From Candidatus Pyrohabitans jungbluthii (GTDB lineage: Archaea; Hydrothermarchaeota; Hydrothermarchaeia; Hydrothermarchaeales; BMS3B), in NCBI GenBank assembly GCA_002010065.2, contig MTMD02000002.1, positions 416,001-480,000 on the forward strand: DNA of 64,000 nt, written 5' to 3'. Positions 9,429 through 18,706 of the stretch are shown here, in pieces (positions within the stretch are counted from its first letter, which is position 1; every line of letters starts with the position of its first letter). The notes beneath the pieces are model-generated. The model had not been told where the DNA came from, made no database searches, and saw only the letters and a program-made list of their open reading frames with translations. The position numbers and the translations under genes were made by a program.

Positions 9429-11502
9429 TCTCCCCCTCCTTAGAGTAAATTATCATATAAACAGGAATCCCATTTTCAGCTGCCCACTCGATAGCGCTCA
9501 GGGGATCGTCATAGCTAGGAGCCCTCACCACAGTGAAGATGTACCAGTTTTTGTCCCCCCTACCGTTTTCCAGTAAGATTTCGACGCTTCTGTTTATCCC
9601 CTCTCCGAGTTTGAGTATCGGTGCTCCTATCGTTATGCTCGAAATTGCACTCAGCGCTGCATCTCTGTCTGTTGATAGATTCAATAAGACTGTGGTGGTG
9701 TTTGAGACAGCGACCACGGCAACTCTGTCTCCCACGGCAAGGGAAGTGACGAAGGAATTCAGAGCGGTTTTCACATCCTCTAAGGCAGAAGTGGAGAGGT
9801 TGGTGCAGTCCACTAAAATAACGACATCTGCCGGGGGCTTGCCAGTTTTGCCCTGGATTGTGACGTTTATGGTGGCAGTGACTCTTCCAGGTGGGAAGGT
9901 TTCTGAGCTTATCCTCCTTTCCACCCTAATCCTAGGCCCGATGGATAGTGCTGAATACGTTGTCCCCCCTTCCACAAGTGCTCCATCTTTATAGACCCTA
10001 GCAATGACCGGGTAGGTTCCGTAGGCAAGGTTTCCGGTATAGAGGGTACCCACCTTAATGTATCCCCTCTTCCCGACGTTGAGGGTGGCGGTGGTGTTGC
10101 TGGACCAGAAGACCGTCTGATTGGGAGATAAAAGTTCAACCTCTATAAAAGCATCGCTGATGTTCCTGTTGCCGATGTTTTCCACATCTAGATAGAAATT
10201 CACCAGCGATTTTATGTCGGCATGGGACGGAATTATCTCCAGCCTGTGAATCCTAACCTTTTGCGTTGGAAGGACGTTCAACTCCGTCTGATTCGCGTGA
10301 ATCACGCGGCCTTCGCCATCTCTAATTTCCACAATCAAGTATGCAGCACCAGGCATGAGATGGTCGGTGACAAAGTAGGAGGAATAGCCCACCACAGAAC
10401 CCGCTGTGAAATCTCGTATGAGCTTGGGTGGGAGAATTTTTACGATTTTCTTTTCCTGAACCACCTTGCCCACAATTATTATATTTTTCTGATTTTCTCC
10501 CAAATTGGAAATCTGGGTAAATAGCGAATATTCCTCACCAGCTGGTATTGAGAAATTCGCAAGGGTGGAGTTGTCTTTTTTTATAATTAGGTTCCCCATC
10601 CTCAGGGCGATGCTCGATTTCAGATACTCCTGCAGGGCAAGCAGGCATTGTGATGTCGTATATGCCCTTCCTGAAGCATCAAGTCCCCAGCTTCCATCAG
10701 GGTTCTGACTATTTATCAGTGCTGTGACAAGATTCTCTTTCTCATCAGCAAAATGGCCATTATAAACTAAGGCTTGTAGAGCATTTGCTAATTCGAGTTC
10801 GCCAGAAAGTGTCCCCAAATTCTCCGAAAGATGAGCTGCGGATTTGTAGCCAGCCTTGTAGGCGTCCTCATTGAATATCAGCTCATTGTCAGTTAAAACG
10901 AAGGATAATTTTCCAAGTGTCTGAGAAGCCAAGGCTGTGTAAAGATTATCTGGCGCAAAAGAGCCATCTTGTTGCTGGATTTTCTCCAAGTAGGCGATTC
11001 CCCTTCGCAGAGAAGTGGAATTTGGGCTGGATTTTTTTAGCGCCTCCAATGCGAGGGAGGTATCAATTATGTTGCTTGAGAAAAACGTTGAATATCCCCA
11101 GCCACCGTCTGAGTTCTGGAAAGAGACCAACGATGAGGCATTTGCCCCAATTAGGAGGACTTTTCGGGAGAGGAAATCAGTCCCCTCTATATTGGCAAAA
11201 GAAATCCAGGATTTGCCATTTTCAATGGTGTCTGAAGCATCTATGTAATCTTGATTCTCAAGGGCTAATATGGCTTCGGCTGTACTCCATGGCAGACCTC
11301 CATCCCAGCTGCCATCGGCATTCTGGTTAAGGACCAACCAAGATGCTCCTTTTTCGATGCTATCCTGGACAGATAACCCAAACACCGGGCTTATGCATAG
11401 TGATAAGACCAGAAAAAGTCCACTGAAATGTAATAATCCCTGTATTATGTTTCCATCTGGAAATTGGCAGGCCAAACCTTTTAGCATGGTCCCTGCATCC
11501 AT
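9421..11502 (-). CDS. Secreted prenyltransferase/squalene-cyclase-repeat (alpha/alpha toroid) protein with Ig-like domains and a C-terminal truncated vWA domain
   Basis: Repeats QNADGSW, QNSDGGWG, QQQDGSF, QNPDGSWG; vWA start PADVVILVD...DRVAVV; hydrophobic signal LFLVLSLCISPVFG. The track start at 11640 runs through an AT-rich promoter-like region, so ATG 11502 or 11487 is more likely. Confidence 0.75.
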   Translation of the reverse strand: MDAGTMLKGLACQFPDGNIIQGLLHFSGLFLVLSLCISPVFGLSVQDSIEKGASWLVLNQNADGSWDGGLPWSTAEAILALENQDYIDASDTIENGKSWISFANIEGTDFLSRKVLLIGANASSLVSFQNSDGGWGYSTFFSSNIIDTSLALEALKKSSPNSTSLRRGIAYLEKIQQQDGSFAPDNLYTALASQTLGKLSFVLTDNELIFNEDAYKAGYKSAAHLSENLGTLSGELELANALQALVYNGHFADEKENLVTALINSQNPDGSWGLDASGRAYTTSQCLLALQEYLKSSIALRMGNLIIKKDNSTLANFSIPAGEEYSLFTQISNLGENQKNIIIVGKVVQEKKIVKILPPKLIRDFTAGSVVGYSSYFVTDHLMPGAAYLIVEIRDGEGRVIHANQTELNVLPTQKVRIHRLEIIPSHADIKSLVNFYLDVENIGNRNISDAFIEVELLSPNQTVFWSSNTTATLNVGKRGYIKVGTLYTGNLAYGTYPVIARVYKDGALVEGGTTYSALSIGPRIRVERRISSETFPPGRVTATINVTIQGKTGKPPADVVILVDCTNLSTSALEDVKTALNSFVTSLAVGDRVAVVAVSNTTTVLLNLSTDRDAALSAISSITIGAPILKLGEGINRSVEILLENGRGDKNWYIFTVVRAPSYDDPLSAIEWAAENGIPVYMIIYSKEGENE

Positions 11503-11690
11503 TAAATATTTGAAAAATTTTTTATAAAGCGCGTATTTTTTAAAACCTATATATAATTTTTTAGAAATTTCTTTCAAATAAAATCGATGATTTGCATTTA
11601 GTAACTTTTTGTTATTGAACACGCCTTCAAAAAATGGCAATGCCTATTTTCATCCCTCATGGCCATAAGTGAAGTATCTCCAAGGTTTAA

Positions 11691-12278
11691 CTATTCAATC
11701 GTCGCATGCCTGGTGCGCATCTCCTCCTCTGTTTTTCCAAGCCTCACCATGAGCTCTACTATTAGCGCATCAAGGAAGATAAGAACTGAAATTTCAAAAA
11801 GTGTGCCGAGGGGTGCGAGAGGATAATGTTCCCCCTTTATCTGGCGCATCACAAAGTCCTTCTCTCCGCGAAGCTTCGTCCTGCCCTCTACCACAACCAC
11901 AATGTCCGCTAACCTCCCTAGGGAAGAGTTGGGATAGGTGGTGATAAGCGCCACCTTTGCGCCTATATTCTTCGCTATTTTTGCAGCGTTCACCACGCTT
12001 GTGGTCTCACCCGAGCCTGAGATGGTTATGAGCAGGTCTTCGCGTTCAATCGCCGGCGTTATAATCTCCCCCACCACAAATACGTTTATACCCAGGTGCA
12101 TGAGGCGCATCGCAAACGCCTTGGCTACGAGCCCACTTCTGCCGGCACCGTACACAAACACCTTCTTAGAAGAGAGTATCGCATCAATGAGGGCCTCCAC
12201 CTCTTCCTCACCCAGCCCTTCAGCCACATCCTCTACATGCTTCGTTATAGTAAAAATCGCCTCCTTCAGAACTTCCAT
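11691..12278 (-). CDS. hxlB: 6-phospho-3-hexuloisomerase (SIS domain)
   Basis: VFVYGAGRSGLVAKAFAMRLMHLG, ISGSGET, APLGTLFE, C-terminal RHATIE. Confidence 0.93.
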   Translation of the reverse strand: MEVLKEAIFTITKHVEDVAEGLGEEEVEALIDAILSSKKVFVYGAGRSGLVAKAFAMRLMHLGINVFVVGEIITPAIEREDLLITISGSGETTSVVNAAKIAKNIGAKVALITTYPNSSLGRLADIVVVVEGRTKLRGEKDFVMRQIKGEHYPLAPLGTLFEISVLIFLDALIVELMVRLGKTEEEMRTRHATIE

Positions 12279-12352
12279 GCATGCAAGTTGCGTTTCGCCA
12301 TATAAATTTTTTCCGGGCGAAAGGTTACATTGTTAAGATTGTCTTATAATAT

Positions 12353-12497
12353 GGCTCGGCCAAACCGGAGGGCGTGAGAAGCATGATCGCCCTTGACTTA
12401 GCCGAGCTACAGGGCTGCAGAGCAATCCTCGCTCTCGCGCTTGGGTGAGCAAGCATGATCCCAAGTCGGTTAGCGGGGGGACATCTGCAGCCCTTTC
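12353..12497 (+). ncRNA. Archaeal box H/ACA pseudouridylation guide sRNA with two hairpin units
   Basis: Unit 1: GGCTCGGC/GCCGAGCT stem, pocket CAAACCG/GACTTA, GAGGGCG/CGCCCTT stem, K-loop TGA-gaagc-ATGA, ACA at 12409-12411. Unit 2: TCCTCGCT/AGCGGGGG stem, pocket CTCGC/CGGTT, GCTTGGG/CCCAAGT stem, K-loop TGA-gcaagc-ATGA, ACA at 12481-12483, enclosed by an AGGGCTGCAGA/TCTGCAGCCCT stem. Confidence 0.85.
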
Positions 12498-12504
12498 TAC
12501 AACT

Positions 12505-12804
12505 GAGTTAAATTGGAGGTGGCTGTCAATACACTTTGCCCTTGGCTTGGTCGGACTCATTTTAGTGTTGATTCATGCCTGTTTCCCCTTTGAATTCAGG
12601 TATATGACCTAAAGGTGGCGGTCTTGGAGTGGATCCACCTACCTCATGCTCTTAACTGTTGCCAGCAGCTTCCTGAGACCTCCAAAGGAGGCTTGACGCA
12701 TAGATGAGGGCATAGTTCAGGCACTGGCGCACGCACATATGCAGTTTGCTGTGCTCTTCTTCACCACCCTCCTGCACATCCTCTTTTCCCTTGGAGAGGA
12801 TTGA
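12505..12804 (+). pseudogene. Decayed fragment of a His-containing (heme b-type, ferric-reductase-like) transmembrane protein
   Basis: Fragments WLSIHFALGLVGLILVLIHA, TYLMLLTVAS and HAHMQFAVLFFTTLLHILF, interrupted by a stop and frameshifts; no start codon. Confidence 0.5.
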
Positions 12805-12854
12805 ATAGCCAATCACCGTAAAATTTATATATGCGGATTGCATGATGGAAAAAT

Positions 12855-12899
12855 GCCCTTGGAGTGTTAGATCTGCTTTTTCTTCTAATCTCCAAGGGC
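12855..12899. other. Strong intergenic inverted repeat/hairpin
   Basis: GCCCTTGGAG (12855-12864) / CTCCAAGGGC (12890-12899) perfect 10-bp arms plus inner TTAGA/TCTAA. Confidence 0.55.
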
Positions 12900-12998
12900 C
12901 CCCCTCCCCAACACCTCCCTCCCCCCTTTTTTGTTATACCGCATGTTGGCTGGTATGCATTTTTATATCAGCACAGGCAATTTTCTAGTGGTGGTTAA

Positions 12999-14471
12999 AT
13001 GCTCAGGGAAGGTCGCCTTGGAAAAAGCGTTGACGCTGAGTTTGCACGCTACACATCTTCGCTAGCCTTTGACAGGAATATCCTCGAATATGACATCCTG
13101 GGGAGTATGGCTCATGCGCTTATGCTTGGGAGGAGGGGAATTATCCAAGAGGAGGAGATGAAGAGAATTTTAGCCGGGCTGCTCAAAATTTACAGGAGCA
13201 GAAGCGTTAGCCTCGACCACGCGCTTGAGGATGTGCACGTTGCTGTGGAGGCGAGGCTCTTCGAGGAGATTGGCGAGACCGCGGGAAAGCTGCACACCGC
13301 TCGGTCGCGAAATGATCAAGTCGCTTTAGACCTGCGCATGCTTGCCCGCGACAGAATAAACCGCATCTCCCGCGCCTTGCTTGCCCTTGAGGAGGTGCTG
13401 CTTAAGATTTCAGGGGAGAATAAGGAGACGCCTATGCCAGGCTATACGCATCTTCAGCGTGCTCAACCAACCACGCTGGCGCATCATATGTTAGCGCACT
13501 TCTGGAGCTTTGCGAGAGACCTTGAGAGGCTGGAGGACGCCTACAGGAGGGTTAACCTCAGCCCCCTCGGGGCGTGCGCTCTCGCGGGGACGAGCTTCCC
13601 CATAGATCGCACTGAGGTGGCTCGCCTTCTAGGCTTCTCCGGCATAGTGGAGAACTCTCAGGACGCGGTCGCCTCGCGCGACTTTCTGTTGGAACCACTT
13701 TCAGCGCTTGCGATTCTCGCAGTTAACCTGAGCCGCCTTGCGGAGGAACTTATCCTGTGGAGTACCGCCGAGTTCGGCTTCGTGGAGCTAAGCGATGAGC
13801 TTTCCTCGACCTCCAGCATAATGCCCCAAAAGAAGAACCCAGACGCTCTGGAGATAATGCGCGCCCGTGTAGCGCGCGCTATAGGAAATCTCACCTCAGC
13901 TTTTGCGCTTGTTAAAGCCCTTCCCCTCGCCTACAACCGTGACCTTCAGGAGCTTTCGCCTGTTGCTCTTGACTCCTTTGAGATTCTTGAAGCCTCTGTC
14001 TCTATGCTCAGCAGGATTTTAAGCACTGCTGAATTTAAGCACGAGAGGATGCGCGCCACCTGTGAGGGCGACTTTCTCACCGCGACTGAGCTTGCGGACT
14101 ATCTTGTGAGGGAGAAAGGCTTAGCCTTCAGAACAGCCCATCGCATCGTGGGCAGACTCGTGGCGGGGGCTGTTAAAGCGGGCATTTCTCCTGACAAGAT
14201 TACTCCAGAGATGCTCGACGATGCAGCGCTTGAGGTAATCGGAAAACCTCTGGGGTTAAGCAAAGAGGAACTGGAGTGCTGCTTGTCGCTGGAGAAGAGC
14301 ATCGCCGGCAAGCGTTCAACTGGAGCGCCCTCTCCACCTGCTGTGGAGGAGTCCATAAGTAGAGGCGAAGCTAAGCTGGCTGAATTCAGGGCAAGGCTCG
14401 AGGATAGGGAGCGGAAGGTTAAAGAAGCCTTCGAGGCACTCTTGAAAGAGGTAGAGAGGCTCGCGGGGTAG
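12999..14471 (+). CDS. argH: Argininosuccinate lyase
   Basis: LHTARSRNDQ, MPGYTHLQRAQP, SSIMPQKKNPD. Confidence 0.97.
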   Translation: MLREGRLGKSVDAEFARYTSSLAFDRNILEYDILGSMAHALMLGRRGIIQEEEMKRILAGLLKIYRSRSVSLDHALEDVHVAVEARLFEEIGETAGKLHTARSRNDQVALDLRMLARDRINRISRALLALEEVLLKISGENKETPMPGYTHLQRAQPTTLAHHMLAHFWSFARDLERLEDAYRRVNLSPLGACALAGTSFPIDRTEVARLLGFSGIVENSQDAVASRDFLLEPLSALAILAVNLSRLAEELILWSTAEFGFVELSDELSSTSSIMPQKKNPDALEIMRARVARAIGNLTSAFALVKALPLAYNRDLQELSPVALDSFEILEASVSMLSRILSTAEFKHERMRATCEGDFLTATELADYLVREKGLAFRTAHRIVGRLVAGAVKAGISPDKITPEMLDDAALEVIGKPLGLSKEELECCLSLEKSIAGKRSTGAPSPPAVEESISRGEAKLAEFRARLEDRERKVKEAFEALLKEVERLAG

Positions 14472-14475
14472 TGGC

Positions 14476-15762
14476 ATGTATAGAGGCGAAGCTGCAAAGG
14501 TGCTTGGTGAAGCTAGGGTTGGCGACAGGATACGCGTGCTCAAGGGCGGTAGGAGCTACGAGGGCATTTTAATGCCCAGGAGCGAACTCGGAGATGATAG
14601 GCATGTGGTCATAAAGCTGGACAACGGCTACAATATAGGCGTAGAGGTTAGCAACGCTAGGGTGGAGAGGCTCGCCCCCGCGGAAGAGCCTTATTCGCGA
14701 GCCTTCCCAGAGCCAGAGTTTTCGCCAGAGAAGCCAGAGATAACCATCCTGGGCACAGGAGGAACAATAGCTTCGAAGATAGACTACAAAACGGGAGCGG
14801 TGCACCCCTCCTTCACCGCCGCTGAGATTATAAACGCCGTACCCGAGCTTGCTGATGTGGCGAGGGTGAAGACAAAGCTTCTCTTCAACATCCTCAGCGA
14901 GAACATGACGCCGGAGCACTGGAAGAAGATTGCTAGCGAGGTTGCCAAGGAGCTTAACGGCGACGCCTATGGCGTGGTAGTGGCTCATGGCACTGACACC
15001 ATGAGCTTCACGGCGAGCGCTCTCGCATTCATGCTCAAAAACCTTACTAAACCTGTGATATTCGTTGGCTCGCAGCGCTCCAGCGACAGACCGAGCAGCG
15101 ACGCAGCGCTGAACCTAATCGCCGCCGCAAAGGTGGCATGTAGTGAGCTTGCGGAGGTGGTTGTGGTTATGCATGCGCAGAGCAGCGACACCACCTGCGC
15201 AATACACAGGGCGACGAAGGTCAGGAAGATGCACTCCTCGCGCAGAGATGCCTTCAAGAGCATAAACGCTTTACCTTTGGGTGAGGTTGGCGAGGATGTG
15301 AGGCTCTTCGGGAGCTATAGAAGGCGAAGTGAGGGCGAGGTTTACGCTGACACCCGCCTGGAAGAGCGCGTTGCTCTGTTTAAGGTTTACCCAGGTGTGA
15401 GCGAGGAGCTTCTGGAGTACTGCGTGGATAGGTACAAGGGGATAGTGCTGGAAGGTACCGGCTTGGGGCACGTGCCAGAGAATCTGCTGCCAGCGATTGA
15501 GCGCGCTCGCGAGGAAGGTGTTGCTGTGGTGATGACCACCACCACGCTCTACGGCAGGGTAGACATGAAAGTATACTCCACGGGAAGGAGGCTTTTAAAC
15601 CTTGGCGTAATCCCGGGCGAGGACATGCTTCCCGAGGTGGCGTACGTCAAGCTCATGCACGTGCTTGGGATAACCCAGAACTACGAAGAGGTTCGTGGGC
15701 TAATGCTGCGCAGCCTCGCCGGCGAAATTACAGAGCGCAGCTTGGCGGATGCCTTCTACTGA
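14476..15762 (+). CDS. gatD: Glu-tRNA(Gln) amidotransferase subunit D
   Basis: N-terminal KLDNGYNIG domain, GTGGTIAS, HGTDT, SQRSSDRPSSD; adjacent to gatE. Confidence 0.96.
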   Translation: MYRGEAAKVLGEARVGDRIRVLKGGRSYEGILMPRSELGDDRHVVIKLDNGYNIGVEVSNARVERLAPAEEPYSRAFPEPEFSPEKPEITILGTGGTIASKIDYKTGAVHPSFTAAEIINAVPELADVARVKTKLLFNILSENMTPEHWKKIASEVAKELNGDAYGVVVAHGTDTMSFTASALAFMLKNLTKPVIFVGSQRSSDRPSSDAALNLIAAAKVACSELAEVVVVMHAQSSDTTCAIHRATKVRKMHSSRRDAFKSINALPLGEVGEDVRLFGSYRRRSEGEVYADTRLEERVALFKVYPGVSEELLEYCVDRYKGIVLEGTGLGHVPENLLPAIERAREEGVAVVMTTTTLYGRVDMKVYSTGRRLLNLGVIPGEDMLPEVAYVKLMHVLGITQNYEEVRGLMLRSLAGEITERSLADAFY

Positions 15763-15771
15763 GGTGGAGCT

Positions 15772-17661
15772 ATGGAAGGGCTAAGGGTAGGGTTTGAAAT
15801 ACACCAGCAACTGGCTACGAGAAAGCTTTTCTGCAACTGTGAGAGTGAGCTTCGGGAAGAGGAGCCTGAACTGAAAATTCTCCGCCGCCTGAGACCGACG
15901 CAGAGCGAGCTGGGCGAGATTGACCGCGCTGCTTTAGAGGAGTACCTGAAGGGGAGGTGCTACGAATACGAGGTGCCTGGCGACGTTTCTTGCCTAGTGG
16001 AGATGGACGAGGAGCCGCCGCACAACGTTAATATCGACGCCGTCAAGGCCGCGCTTGAGGTTGCTCTCCTCCTTAACGCCCAGCCTGTTGATGAAATCCA
16101 CTTCATGCGCAAGATTGTGATAGACGGGAGCAACACATCTGGTTTTCAGCGCACTGCAGTAATAGCCATGGACGGCTATGTGAAAACCGCCAAAGGGAAG
16201 GTGCGCATTCCTACTATCTGCCTTGAGGAGGAGGCTGCGAGAAAGATACGCGAGGAGGGGAGTAAGACAGTGTACCGCCTCGATCGCCTGGGTATACCGC
16301 TGATAGAGATAAGCACCTCTCCGGATATAACCTCTCCCGAAGAGGCACGGGAGGTTGCGCTTAAGATAGGCGAGATTCTCCGTGCCACAGGTAAGGTTAA
16401 GCGCGGCATAGGTACGATACGCCAGGATATAAACGTCTCCATCGCTGGTGGAGCGAGAGTTGAGATTAAGGGTGTGCAGGACTTAAACCTGATACCCAAG
16501 ATAATTGAGAAGGAGGCGGAGAGGCAGAGGAAGCTTATAGAAATTGCGCAGGAGCTGAAAAGGCGCGGGGTTGAGGAAGTCCATCTCGAGTTTTCGCCTG
16601 TTGATGTCTCAGAAATCTTCGCTTCCACGGAGTCAAAGCTGGTGGCGAAGGTGATGAAGAGAGGCGGAGTCGTTCTCGCCGTGAAGCTGCCCGGCTTTAG
16701 GGGTTTGATTGGCGGTGCAAAGGAGGAGCCCCGTCTGGGAAGTGAGCTTGCCCAGTACGCGCGTATAAAGGCAGGGGTTGGCGGGATATTCCACTCCGAC
16801 GAGCTTCCAAGCTATGGCATCTCCGCCAGCGAGGTTGAAGCTGTAGCGGATAAGCTGAGTCTGTCTGAGATTGACGCCTTTGTGCTCGTGGCTGAGGAGC
16901 GGGAGAAGGCGCTTAAAGCTCTGCAAGCTGTGCTGGAGCGCGCAAAGCTTGCGCTGAAAGGCGTACCTGAGGAGACGCGTGTGGCGCAGAGCGACGCCAC
17001 GACGCGCTACATGCGCCCCTTACCCGGGGCGGCGAGGATGTACCCCGAGACAGACCTGGCACCCTTTGTTGTTGATGAGAAGCTTATCGCCGAGCTCCGA
17101 GCCTCGCTGCCCGAGCTGTACGAGGAGAAAATCGCGAGATTTCTGAAGCAGTACAACCTGAGCCAGGAGCTTGCAACACAGGTGGTTAAAAGTGAGCGTG
17201 CACAGCTATTCGAGGAGCTGGTCGCGAGCGGTGCTTCTCCTAAGCTTGTGGCGACGACGCTTGTTTCCACGCTTCGGGAGCTTCGCCGCGAGGGCTACGC
17301 GGTGGAAAATATAAAGGATGAGAGATTCAGGGAGATGTTTGCCCTTGTGGCTGAGCAGAAGCTTGCGAAGGAGGCTATTCCCGAGGTTATTAAAGCGCTG
17401 AGCAGGACACCTGAGAGGAGTTGTGAGGAGATACTGGCAGAGCTTGGGCTAAAGGGCTTTTCAGAAGCGGATGTACGTGGGCTGGTGAGGAGGGTTATAA
17501 AGGAGAGGGCAGAGTTTGTGAGAGAGCGCGGTGAGGGCGCAGTGAAGCCACTCATGGGCGTGCTTATGAAGGAGCTGCGCGGCAGGGTGGAGGGTAGGGT
17601 GGTGATGAAAATCCTCGAGGAAGAGCTGAGGGGTTACCTGAAGGATGGCTTCCAAGGTTAG
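15772..17661 (+). CDS. gatE: Glu-tRNA(Gln) amidotransferase subunit E
   Basis: GFEIHQQL, KIVIDGSNTSGFQRT, GTIRQDINVSI, RPLPGAARMYPETD. Confidence 0.97.
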   Translation: MEGLRVGFEIHQQLATRKLFCNCESELREEEPELKILRRLRPTQSELGEIDRAALEEYLKGRCYEYEVPGDVSCLVEMDEEPPHNVNIDAVKAALEVALLLNAQPVDEIHFMRKIVIDGSNTSGFQRTAVIAMDGYVKTAKGKVRIPTICLEEEAARKIREEGSKTVYRLDRLGIPLIEISTSPDITSPEEAREVALKIGEILRATGKVKRGIGTIRQDINVSIAGGARVEIKGVQDLNLIPKIIEKEAERQRKLIEIAQELKRRGVEEVHLEFSPVDVSEIFASTESKLVAKVMKRGGVVLAVKLPGFRGLIGGAKEEPRLGSELAQYARIKAGVGGIFHSDELPSYGISASEVEAVADKLSLSEIDAFVLVAEEREKALKALQAVLERAKLALKGVPEETRVAQSDATTRYMRPLPGAARMYPETDLAPFVVDEKLIAELRASLPELYEEKIARFLKQYNLSQELATQVVKSERAQLFEELVASGASPKLVATTLVSTLRELRREGYAVENIKDERFREMFALVAEQKLAKEAIPEVIKALSRTPERSCEEILAELGLKGFSEADVRGLVRRVIKERAEFVRERGEGAVKPLMGVLMKELRGRVEGRVVMKILEEELRGYLKDGFQG

Positions 17662-18706
17662 GGTTAAGGATAGGTTAAGGAAGCTGCTGGAAACGCGAAG
17701 CGAGAGTGGTGGCGAGGGCGAGGTCAGAGAGCTTCTGAAGGAGTGGCTGGAGGACGACGCCGGGCTACATACACAGGTGGACAGCGAGGGCAACCTTATT
17801 GCAGGGCGAGACGAGGGCAGAGGCAAAGCGGTGGTGCTCAATGGACACATGGACACTGTGCCAGGCTACTACGGCGTCGCCGAGGAGGGTGACATCCTCC
17901 TTGCAAGGGGAGCGGTGGACATGAAGGCTGGTTTAGCAGGCATAGTGGAAGCTCTGAAGGAGCTTCGTAACGGGGAGCTGAAGTACAACGTTGAGGTGCA
18001 CTTCGTCGTAAAGGAAGAGGCGCCGCAACCTTCGGGTACCTCTGTGCTCGCGAAGCGCTGCAGAGCAAGCCTGGCAATAGTTGCGGAGCCCACCAGTCTT
18101 GAGCTCTACCTGGGGCAGCGGGGCAGGGTTACCATGGAGGTGAGCGTCCGCGGCAGGGCGGCGCATGCAAGCAGGGCTGAGAAGGGGATAAATGCGATTT
18201 ACAAAGCTATCGACGCTATAGAGAGGCTTCGTCTCTTACCACTGCCAGAGCACCCGGTGGTGGGTAAAGCCAGCCTCGAGATTACGGCTATAGAGGCAGG
18301 GGTGGCTGCAAATGTGGTGCCTGAGGTGTGCACCTTTACCATAGACAGGAGGCTAACCCTTGGGGAGACTCCCGAGGAGACGATGAAGCAGGTTCACAGG
18401 GCGCTGGCAGGTATGGAGTACACCGCCAGGCTTATAAATGGCGACACCTTTTCCAAACCCTTTCTCGTGGATGAAGATGAGCCCCTCGTTAGGGAGCTTT
18501 CCGGCGCGATTTCGCGGCGACGTGAGCTGCGCTACGGTGTTAGCAGGGCTACTACCGACGCCTCCTACTACCACAGCGCAGGCATACCTGCGGTGATCTT
18601 TGGTCCCGGCGATCCATCGCTTGCCCACACAAGAGAGGAGCGAATAGATATAAATGAGGTTGTTGAGTTTGCGGATATAATTGTTGATTTCCTGAGGTTA
18701 TGCTGA
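17645..18706 (+). CDS. M20 family metallopeptidase/deacylase (ArgE/DapE/LysK-like)
   Basis: LNGHMDTV, RGAVDMKAG, KEE, AEPT, AHTREE motifs. Confidence 0.88.
   Translation: MASKVRVKDRLRKLLETRSESGGEGEVRELLKEWLEDDAGLHTQVDSEGNLIAGRDEGRGKAVVLNGHMDTVPGYYGVAEEGDILLARGAVDMKAGLAGIVEALKELRNGELKYNVEVHFVVKEEAPQPSGTSVLAKRCRASLAIVAEPTSLELYLGQRGRVTMEVSVRGRAAHASRAEKGINAIYKAIDAIERLRLLPLPEHPVVGKASLEITAIEAGVAANVVPEVCTFTIDRRLTLGETPEETMKQVHRALAGMEYTARLINGDTFSKPFLVDEDEPLVRELSGAISRRRELRYGVSRATTDASYYHSAGIPAVIFGPGDPSLAHTREERIDINEVVEFADIIVDFLRLC

Noticed and set aside
12340-12960. Considered RNase P RNA, SRP RNA or tRNA for this long non-coding gap
   Set aside because: No RNase P GAGGAAAGTCC/P4 motif, no SRP helix-8 motif and no cloverleaf/TTCGA arm. 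The K-loop plus ACA hairpins fit H/ACA better.
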